Shown here piece by piece: positions 34,701-44,933 of a DNA stretch of 64,000 bases (positions are counted from its first letter, which is position 1; every line of letters starts with the position of its first letter). Below the pieces are notes generated by a model. That model saw nothing but the letters and a program-made list of their open reading frames with translations, made no database searches and was not told where the DNA came from. Source of the DNA: Pristiophorus japonicus (Eukaryota); contig NC_091984.1 of NCBI RefSeq assembly GCF_044704955.1, positions 147,808,001-147,872,000 of the forward strand, read 5' to 3'. The position numbers and the translations under genes were made by a program.

Positions 34701-36540
34701 ACTTTGGCTAAATCTCATCTCAGCTCAGCTAAATTGGCTTTTCCCCAATTGAGAACGTTTATTGCTGGTCTATATTTGTCCTTTTCTATAACTATTCGAC
34801 ATCTAACTGAATTATGATCACTGGCACCAAAATGCTCTCCCACTGATACCCCTTCCACCTGCCCCTCTTCATTCCCCAAAACCAAGTCCAGAACCGTCCC
34901 CTCCCTTTTTGGGCTTGTTACAAACTGGCTAAAAAATGTTCTGCTGAAGGCATTTTAGGAATTCCACACCCTCTATACCTTTCACACTAATTTTATCCCA
35001 GTTAATTTTAGGGTAGTTGAAATTCCCTCCTATTACTGCCCTATAGTTTTTGCACTTGTCAGAAATGTGCCAACATATTTGCTCTTCTCTCTCCCTCTGA
35101 CTGTTTGGGGTCTATAGTACACTCCCAGCAGTGTGATTACCCTTTTTTCGTTCTTCAATTCGACCTATATGGCCTCATTCGATGATCCTTCCGACATATC
35201 ATCCCTCCTCACAGCTGTAATTGTTTCTTGCAGTTGTTTCAGAACTGCGATCCCCTACTTTTTTATCCCCCTCTCTATGCGTCTGAAAACCCTGTAACCA
35301 CGAATGTTGAGCTGCCATACCTGCCCTTCTTTCAGCCATGTCTCAGTAATAGCTATAATATAGTACTCCCAAATGTTTATCTGTGCTCTCAGCTCATCTG
35401 CCTTATTCCCTATACTCCTTGCATTGAAGTACATACCATTTAGCACCGCCAAACTGCCTTGCAGTCTATTTTCTAAGCTTTGTTTCCTCTGTCTCCCAAA
35501 TTCACTTTCTACTTTCTAATTCCAGCTTTGTTTCTCGCCCGACTGAATCTATTCTATGGTTCCCATCCCCCTGCCAAGCTAGTTTAAACCCTCCCCAACC
35601 ACACTAGCAAATGCTGCCATGAGGATTTTGGTCCCAGCTCTGTTGAGGTGCAACCCATTCGGCTTGTACAGGTCCTACCTCCCCCAGAAACGGTCCCAGT
35701 GCCTCAGGAAACTAAAGCCCTGCCTCCTGCACCATCTCTCCAGCCACGCATTCATCTGCTCTATCCTCCTATTTCTGTACTCACTAGCACGTGGCACCGG
35801 GAGTAATCCGGAGATTACTACATTTGAGGTCTTGCTTTTTAATCTCGCTCCTAGCTCCCAAAACTCTGCCTGTAGGACCTCATCCCTCTTTCTACCTACG
35901 TCATTGGTACTGATATGGACCACAACCTCTGGCTGTTCACCCTCCCCCCTCAGAATGTACTGCAGCCACTCAGTGTCATCCTTGACCCTGGCACGAGGCA
36001 GGCAACATACCATCCTGGAGTCACGCCTGCGGCCGCAGAAATGCCTGTCTGTTCCCCTAACTATCGAATCCCCTACCACTATTGCTCTTCCACTCTTCTT
36101 CCTCCCCCCTGTGCAGCTGAGCCACCCGTGGTGCCGTGGACTTGGCTCTGGCTGCACTTCCTAGAGGCACCATCGCCCCCACCAGTACTCAGAACAGAAT
36201 ACTGGTTGGAGAGCGAGATGGACTCAGGGGACTCCTGCACTACCTGCCTGGACCTCCTCTTCTGTCTGGTGGTCACCCATTCCCTCTCTGCCTGCACACT
36301 CTTAAGCTGCGGGGTGACCACCTCTAGAAACGTGCTATCCACGAAGTTCTCAGCCTCGCGGATGCACCGTAGTGACTCCAGCCGCCGCTCAATCTCCGAA
36401 ACGCGGAGCTCGAGTTGCTGTCGCTGGTGACACTTCCTTCACATGTGATCGTCCCGGCCACGAGAAGTGTCCAGGACATCCCACATGGCACAGGATGTGC
36501 TCTCCATGGGACAGAACTGCCCTGCCGTGCCTCTATTTAA
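31765..36540 (-). mobile_element. CR1 with ORF1 (Zn finger/coiled coil/SGNH esterase) and ORF2, carrying a nested + strand CR1 (~32500-33940)
   Basis: VVGDSIVRGTDR..CCLP (ORF 35675..36157), EN YFNARSI (35255..35452), RT 31680..32339; nested RT 32732..33217. Confidence 0.92.
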
Positions 36541-37233
36541 TAGACTGAGAACTGACAGAGCAGAAATAAAATTTAAACTAAAAAAAAAGCAGAAAATAGC
36601 CTGGCCGACATCAATCAGGCCATAATTTTTTCACCCCATCATTCCTCATCTTTCCTGATAGCTAAAATTTTCCAGTCCAGGCAACTTCTTCCTGTGTGCA
36701 ATTGGTTGTAAAGCACCTTGGGACGTCCTGAGGTTGTGAAAAGCGCTATATAAATTCAAGGCTTTATTTCATTGAAGTGAGAGGGCCCTCATCCTGACCT
36801 TCGCCAATTGTCTGCGCACTCTGACCTTCCAGGAGGTCATGGGATCATTGGGAGCAGTGACCCTGCCTGACCCCGGTACACTGATGCTGATTGTAGCCTC
36901 ACGTTTGACCTCTGGGCAGCAAGCTTTTAAATGCAATCTGGAAGCTTCTACACCGACACCCAACATGAAGCCTTGCTGAAGTGTGTTTATACAAGTGTGT
37001 CGCAATGTTCCCGGATAAAGTTCTCCCGATCTGTGTGTGATCTGAGCTTTCTCACTGCTGAGCCTGTTTCCCCTGTATCCACCCATCTACAGTTTGAGCT
37101 TCCTGCCAGTGAACAGCGTCTTAACGGGACACTCAGTCTTTACCGACTCTTACTGTTAACCATTTCAGTGCTGAATGTGTGCCAACCCTGCACTGCAGAT
37201 GTTTATACAACAGTCCAATATGATTTTGAGTAT

Positions 37234-37657
37234 CAGCCGTGGCTCAGTGCATTGCACTCTCGCCTCTGAGTCAGAAGGTTGTGGATTCAAGTCTCAATCC
37301 AGGGACTTGAGCACAAAAAACTAGGCTGACACTGCAGTGCAGTGCTGATGGAGCACTGCACTGTCGGAGGTGCCGTCTTTTGGATGAGACTTTAAACCAA
37401 GGCCCGGTCTGCCCTCTCAGGTGGATGTAATAGATCCCATGCCACTATTTCGAAGAAGAGCAGGGGAGTTCTCCCCGGTGTCCTGGTCAATATTTATCCC
37501 TCAACCAACATGACAAAAGAACAGATTATCAGGTCGTTATCACATTGCTGTTTGTGGGAGCTTGCTGTGCACAGATTGACTGCCGTGTTTCCCACATTAC
37601 AACAGTGACTACACTCCAAAAGTACTTCATTGGCTGTAAAGCGCTTTGAGATGTCCA
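37234..37657 (+). mobile_element. tRNA-derived DeuSINE (SacSINE1-like), near full length
   Basis: A box TGGCTCAGTG, B-box-like GGATTCAAGTC, central GATCCCATG.CACTATTT.GAAGAAGAGCAGGGGAGTTCTCCCCGGTGTCCTGG Deu-type domain. Tail shared with fragments at ~24560, ~36690 and ~61570. Confidence 0.8.
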
Positions 37658-37868
37658 CCTTACAATCAAACGCATTTCTATTTAGACTAAACTTATCAAA
37701 CGAGGCAAAGAAGATTAAGAATTAGTGTTGCTAGCCTCTAATGATTAAACACCAACCAGGAGTTCATTAACCCAGCTCTCCGTTATCAGATGAGATTATC
37801 CACATACGGAGACACACACACACACACATTAATATATACCTGTTAAACATCCTTCTCCTCCCTTTCAG

Positions 37869-38197
37869 GTCGAGGGAAGACACCACCCACGCTGGCCCTG
37901 CTGCCCCCCTCCCCGGAGGAGGTCACGACCAAGGGCACTGCCACCCTGGTGTGCCTCGCCGATCACTTCTACCCCGATGCGGTGGAGATGGAGTGGAAGA
38001 AGGACGGGGCGACCATTTCGGCCGGGGTCCAGACCAGCGACTACCTGCGAGCTTCGGACAACACCTACAGTGTCAGCAGCCTGCTGACCCTCTCTGGCTC
38101 CGACTGGGAGTCCAATGCCAGCTTCTCCTGCAGCCTCACCCACGAGAGCCTCTCCTCTCCCCTCAGCAAGGGAGTCAGGAGAGCAGAATGTGCGTAG
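37869..38197 (+). CDS. IGKC: Ig kappa constant-region exon, intact
   Basis: Acceptor CCTTTCAG; (S)RGKTPPTLALLPPSPEEVTTKGTATLVCLADHFYPDAVEMEWKKDG...YSVSSLLTLSGSDWESNASFSCSLTHESLSSPLSKGVRRAECA*; C1-set Cys/Trp and the penultimate interchain Cys are present. Confidence 0.97.
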
Positions 38198-40171
38198 TGT
38201 GTCAGAGACAGTCCGGGGGAGACACAACTTTAAATAGAACAGGGGGTGAGCCGGGAGGGCAAAGGTCATTGTCAGCACTGCATTTCTACTCTCTTCCTTC
38301 TCAGGACTGGGTCAGGGAAAGCATCTGAGGGTCAGGGGGTAAGGCACATTATTGGGACAGTGTCGAGGGAGTTTTACTCTGTGTCTAACCTGTGCTGTAC
38401 CTGCCCTGGGAGAGTTTCATGGGACAGTGTTGACTCGTGCTGCCAAGTAAAACCTCTCGAAGATGCTGAAGACTGTCAGCAGAGTAAAACTAATGTTAAA
38501 CTGCAAAGTGCCGCTTCAGTAAGCAGACCCCCTCCCTGCTCACCCTGCTGTTACAATTCAAGGTTTTGTCCCCGTTTAAAGGGACAGGATTCTCACGGTG
38601 TGGAGAAAACCGTTTGGGTTTGGTTGGGACTTACAATCACCCCCTCACACAGCTAAGTGGTCTTGTGGATGTGTAGGTGCAGGCAATATGCTCACCCTGA
38701 TTGCCCGTTGTCTTGCTTGCAGATTCTTCCTGAACGTCTCGCTCCCGGGCTTTTTCCTGGGCTTTCTTCTGAACTTTTCCTGGGATTTTCCCTGGCATTT
38801 TCCCTGGGATTTTTCCAGAACTTTCTTCCTCCTGATTTGGAGCTTGTTGCAAAGTGGCTCCTTTTCTCCCCAAGTCCCATGATCATTCCTCCCGCCAATA
38901 CTGACCGATGCATTGATTCCGATGATCTGTCTGGACACCTCCCCACCCCTCGTAGCCTTTGAAATCTTTGTGAAAAATTATATTTTGTTTTCCCGTTCCC
39001 AGGCCTTGCATCTGGAGAGACAATGGGTGCTGATTACTGGATGTCTGTCGTTTCCTGAGTTGATGGCCCCCATTAGCAGGTAATGGGTTTCGATCACAAA
39101 CTGATCTTGCTGAACCTGCTTATCTCCTGGAAGACAATGGACCGGCCATTTCCTGCCTTGCATCAGTTTGGGTTGGGACTGAGTCGTGACTGTGCTTTAA
39201 TAATGCGAAGGCACAGTGTCTCTGAGTTACCTCTCGGGGTATTATTCCCAGGAATCACTTTAGATGGTGATGACATCAATGGGCCTGGTTTCCCTGCCAC
39301 CCAGCCTGTCAGTGTGAAATGTCCGATTATGTGTGAATGCACCTCAGTGCCACCCCCACAAGCTCGCCAAACAGTACAGTTCTTTCTTGGGGATTTGGAT
39401 TTAAGTTTAAAGTATTGTTAATAGAAATGGCCAGAACACTGGTGCTACTATTCCTCACCTGTCCCTCTCTACAAACCACCCACCCCCCCCAACGGGGATA
39501 ATAATGGTATGCCCCCACCCCGCCCGGGACAATAATAATAATGGTATGCCCCCGCCCCCCCCCCCCCTTCCATCGGGACAATAATGTTCAACCAAGCACC
39601 ACGACAGATGCGAGACTGGTGGAAGAACTTCCTTCTGACTTCGGAAACGTCTTCTCCTCCAGTCACTGAGGAGATTCTGCCGACTCCCCTCCCCCCCCTC
39701 AACAGCAGCAGGCCTTGAGATCCTCTGCTGCAAGACGTCTTGGTCCCATTACTCGGGGAGTTAAATGGGGTGTTACTACAAGGGGGTGTCAAGGTGCAGG
39801 AGGGAAGCATGGCCGCAGGTAGGGAGGGGTGGTGCAATATAGTCCTTAGTTCTTGTTAAAAATACATTTTTGTTGAATGTTCACAGTTGGGGAAGGTGGG
39901 AGGGTGTTATGTTATTGTACGTTACAAATGTTGACTCTTCGGGGTTGAGGTGGTAGGGTTATATATGTTTGTACAAAACATTTTCACATTCTTCTTTAAT
40001 TATTAAACACATTAATTTAACTTTACAATTGTCCTGAAGTGTCTTCTTATAACATAAGGTAACACATCAGTACAATGGTTGGGAACAATGGCCAGGCCAG
40101 CCCAGGCCAGGCAAGGATGAAACGTAACACAACTGTAACTGTCACCAATATAAGTTGACGCAAAATGTTCA

Positions 40172-41509
40172 AGAGCAGTGACAGGATCGGTCCAAGTCAG
40201 CATGGATTTGTGAAAGGGAAATCATGCTTGACTAATCTTCTGGAATTTTTTGAGGATGTAACTAGTAGAGTGGACAAGGGAGAACCAGTGGATGTGGTGA
40301 ATTTGGACTTTCAAGAGGCATTTAACTAGGTCCCACATAAGAGATTGGTGTGCAAAATCAAAGCGCATGGTATTGGGGGTAATGTACTGGCGTGGATAGA
40401 GAATTGGTTGGCAGACAGGAAGCATTGGTTGCCGAGTCGGGATAAACGGGTCCTTTTCAGAATGGGAGGCAGTGACTAGTGGAGTGCCACAGGGCTCAGT
40501 GCTGGGACCCCAGCTCTTTATAATATACATCAATGATTTGGATGAAGGAATTGAGTGTAATATCTCCAAGTTTGCAGAGGACACTAAACTGGGTGGTGGT
40601 GTGAGCTGTGAGGAGGATGCTAAGAGGCTGCAGGGTGATTGGCAGGTTGGGTGAGTGGGCAAATGCATGCCAGATTCAGTATAATGTGGATAAATGTGAG
40701 GTTATCCACTTTGGTGGCAAAAACACGAGGGCAGAGTATTACCGGAATGGTGGCAGATTAGGAAAAAGGAAGGTGCAACGAGACCTGGGTGTCATGGTTC
40801 ATCAGTCATTGAAAGTTGGCATGCAGGTGCAGCAGGCGGTGAAGAAGACAAATGGTATGTTGGCCTTCATAGCTAGGGGATTTGAGTATAGGAGCAGGGA
40901 GGTCTTACTGCATTTGTACAGGGCCTTGGTGAGGCCTCACCTGGAATATTGTGTTCCGGTTTGGTCTCCTAATCTGAGGAAGGATGTTCTTGCTATTGAG
41001 GGAGTGCAGCGGAGGTTCACCAGACTGATTCCAGGGATGGCTGGACTGACATATGAGGAGAGACTGGATCAACTTGGCCTTTAAACACTGGAGTTTCGAA
41101 GGATGAGAGGGGATCTCATAGAAACGTATAAGATTCTGACAGGACGAGACAGGTTAGATGCGGGAAGAATGTTCCTGATGTTGGGGAAGTCCAGAACCAG
41201 GGGACACAATCTTAGAATAAGGGGTAGTCCATTTAGGACTGAGATGAGGAGAAACTTCTTCACTCAGAGAGTTGTTAACCTGTGGAATTCCCTACCGCAG
41301 AGAGTCGTTGATGCCAATTCATTGGATATATTCAAGAGGGAGTTAGATATGGCCCTTACAGCTAAAGGGATCAAGGGGTATGGAGAGAAAGCGGGAAAGG
41401 GGTACTGAGGGAATGATCAGCCATGATCTTATTGAATGGTGGTGCAGGCTCGAAGGGCCGAATGGCCTACTCCTGCACCTATTTTCTATGTTTCTATGTT
41501 TCTATGTTT
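40172..41509 (+). mobile_element. Young 5'-truncated CR1
   Basis: ORFs 40608..41084 and 41103..41408; (TTTCTATG)n tail. Confidence 0.92.
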
Positions 41510-42135
41510 CCTCCTCAGCAGTAAGCCATCTCTTTGATTGAGCACATAATGCTCTTCAATATACCTTCTCCCATCTGTAGTCTGCAACATGTGATTAGAG
41601 ACCAATACTGGTTGAGAAATTACAGGCCCTCACACTATAAATCGCTATAAATGCCCTTAATATGTCCTCAACAGATACAAATGTGATTAGATGATTGGCA
41701 AGAGTCAAAAAGACCCTTAAAACCATTCACAAATTGATTCTCCTCACAAGTACCTGAAGCAGCCATTCAGTACAGATCCTCCGAGTCACAAAATGACGTC
41801 TGTAGTGCCGAGTACTGCCGACTAGTGCCGACTTTAGGTCAGGTGATGCAGCTTTTCTTCAGCGACTTTTTTGGCCAGCAATCATTTCGGCGACGTATGG
41901 GCGAAATGCCGAAAGTTGCGGTCGGCGATAATCTGGGCGATAATCTGCCGCAAGTTTCCATTTTCAGCCCAATTTTCAGCCTTGCATGCAGATGATGTCA
42001 TTTTTTTTTAAATTAGGCCGGGCGATGCCGCACATTCATGTCGCCAAAAGTTGGACCAGCAACAAATGGGCGATAATTGGGTGCTAGTTTCAACTTTTCA
42101 GCAAATATGGGCGATAGCCTGAATCTTTGCGCTTA

Positions 42136-44213
42136 TATGGGCGATTAATGGTCGCTAAATGGGCGATCAATGGGCGATCAATGGGCGATCAATCGGCAAT
42201 AAATGGGTGATCAGTGGGCGATAAATGGGCGATTAATGGGCAATCAATGGGCGATCAATGGACGATAACTGGGCGATCAATGGGCAATCAATGGGTGATC
42301 AATGGGTGATCAATGGGCGCTCAATGGGCGATAAATGGGCGATAAATGGGTGATCAATGGGTGATAAATGGGCGATCAATGGGTGATCAATGGGTGATCA
42401 ATGTGCGATCAATGGGCGATCAATGGGCGATCAATGGGTGATCAATGGGCGATCAATGGGTGATCAATGGGCAATAAATGGGTGATCAATGGGCCATCAA
42501 TGGGCCATCAATGGGTGACCAATGGGCGATAAATGGGCGATAAATGGGTGATCAATGGGTGATCAATGGGCGATCAATGGGCGATCAATGGGTGATCAAT
42601 GGGCGTTCAATGGCCGATCAATGGGCGATAAATTGGTGATCAATGGGCGATAAATGGGCGATCAGTGAGTGATCAATGGGTGATCAATGGGTGATCAATG
42701 GGCGATCAATGGGCGATAAATTGGTGATCAATGGGCGATAAATGGGCGATCAGTGGGTGATCAATGGGTGATCAATGGGCGATCAATGGGCGATCAATGG
42801 GCGATCAATGAGCGATCAATGGGTGATCAATGGGCGATCAATGGGCGATCAATGGGTGATCAATGGGTGATCAATGGGCGATCAATGGGTGATCAATGGG
42901 CCATAAATGGGCGATAAATGGGTGATCAATGGGTGATCAATGTGCGATCAATGGGCGATCAATGGGCGATAAATGGGCGATCAATGGGTGATCAATGGGT
43001 GATCAATGGGTGATCAATGGGCGATCAATGGGCGATCAATGGGCGATCAATGGGCGATAAATGGGTGATCAATGGGTGATCAATGTGCGATCAATGGGCG
43101 ATCAATGGGCGATAAATGGGCGATCAATGGGTGATCAATGGGTGATCAATGGGTGATCAATGGGCGATCAATGGGCGATCAATGGGCGATCAATGGGTAA
43201 TCAATGGGTAATCAATGGGCGATCAATGGGCGATCAATGGGCGATCAATGGGCGATAAATGGGCGATCAATGGGCGATCAATGGGCGATCAATGGGCGAT
43301 CAATGGGCGATCAATGGGCGATCAATGGGCGATAAATGGGCGATTAATGGGCGATCAATGGGCGATAAATGGGTGATCAATGGGTGATCAATGGGCGATC
43401 AATGGGCGATCAATGGGCGATCAATGGGCGATCAATGGGCGATCAATGGGCGATAAATGGGCGATAAATGGGTGATCAATGGGCGATCAATGGGCGATCA
43501 ATGAGCGATCAATGGGCGATCAATGGGCGATCAATGGGCGATCAATGGGCGATCAATAGGTGATCAATGGGCGATCAATGGGTGATCAATGGGCGATCAA
43601 TGGGCGATAAATGGGCGATAAATGGGCGATCAATGGGCGATCAATGGGCGATCAATGGGTGATCAATGGGTGATCAATGGGCGATCAATGGGCGATCAAT
43701 GGGCGATCAATGAGCGATCAATGGGCGATCAATGGGTGATCAATGGGCGATCAATGGGTGATCAATGGGTGATCAATGGATGATCAATGGGCGATCAATG
43801 GGCGATCAATGGGCGATCAATGGGTGATCAATGGGCGATCAATGGGCGATTAATGGGCGGTCAATGGGTGATCAATGGGCGATAAATGGGCGATCAATGG
43901 GCGATCAATGGGCGATCAATGGGCGATCAATGGGCGATAAATGGGCGATTAATGGGCGATCAATGGGCGATAAATGGGCGATCAATGGGCGATCAATGGG
44001 CGATCAATGGGCGATCAATGGGCGATCAATGGGCGATCAATGGGTGATCAATGGGCGATCAATGGGCCATAAATGGGCGATCGATGGGTGATCAATGGGC
44101 GATCAATGGGCGATAAATGGGCGATCAATGGGTGATCAATGGGCGATCAATGGGCGATCAATGGGGGATCAATGGGCGATAAATGGGCGATCAATGGGTG
44201 ATCAATGGGCCAT
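42136..44213. repeat. 11-bp minisatellite (AATGGGCGATC)n, ~2.1 kb, roughly 190 copies
   Basis: Read directly; common variants are AATGGGTGATC and AATGGGCGATA. Confidence 0.98.
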
Positions 44214-44741
44214 GATGTGCTGAACGTCTAGCCCATAGAGTATTTAACGTAGTAAAACATCCCAAGGCGCTTCACAGGGGTGTTATAAGACAAAAAATAT
44301 GAAGTTATGGCAGATGACAAAAAGCTTGCTGAAAGAGGTAGATTTTAAGGCATGTTTTAAAGGAGGAGGAGAGAGATAGAGAGATAGAGAGGTGGAGAGG
44401 TTTAAGGAGGGAGTTCTAAAGCTTGGGGCCAAAGCAGCTGGAGGCACATAGAACAGGAACCCCACAGATTCCTCGATACTGCACCATTCTGTAATCTCTC
44501 TCCATTTCAAGAATTTGCTTTTAATTTTTCCTACCAAAGTGGATAACCTCACATTTTCACACAATATACTTCATCTGCCAAATTTTTGCCCACTCACTTA
44601 GCCTATTTACATAACAACATAAGAAATAGGAGCAGGAGTAGGCCATATGGCCCCTCGAGCCTGCTCCACCATTTAATAAGGTCATGGCTGATCCGATCAT
44701 GGACTCAGGTCCACTTCCCTGCCCACTTCACATAACCCCTT

Positions 44742-44933
44742 TGTTGTGTATGAATAAGGAGTCTGACTGGATACTGTGAGCTCAAAGTAAAGTGCGACCT
44801 TAGTCTTTTATTGCAGGTCTCCAGAGTGTCTCTCCAGCCTGTGAGGCCTCCTTAAGTACCTGTGCTCCCAAGGGATTGTGTGATGAGCTCTCTGGTGGTT
44901 ACACAAGGTATATACAGGTTTACATATATAACA
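44742..44933 (-). mobile_element. Solo LTR (192 bp, Gypsy/Ty3-like)
   Basis: TG...CA ends, inverted termini TGTTGTGTATG / rc TGTTATATATG, perfect 5-bp TSD CCCTT (44737-44741, 44934-44938), minus-strand AATAAA near 44808. Confidence 0.88.

Larger units (their letters stand above)
39400..44234. mobile_element. Decayed PIF/Harbinger-like DNA transposon (left boundary uncertain) with nested CR1 and minisatellite
   Basis: Right end CTAGCCC (rc GGGCTAG), repeated subterminal GGGCGA(T) motifs at 41890-42135, and a - strand peptide GPVISQPVLVSNHMLQTTDGRRYIEEHY recalled as a shark Harbinger transposase N-terminus. No catalytic core is visible. Confidence 0.5.

Noticed and set aside
37234-37310. tRNA gene
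   Set aside because: The A/B boxes continue into a SINE body and tail; no convincing cloverleaf.
42136-44213. CRISPR array or repeat protein (ORF 43831..44091, MGDQWAINGRS)n
   Set aside because: Head-to-tail 11-mer without unique spacers, no cas genes, vertebrate context; the ORF is a by-product of the repeat.
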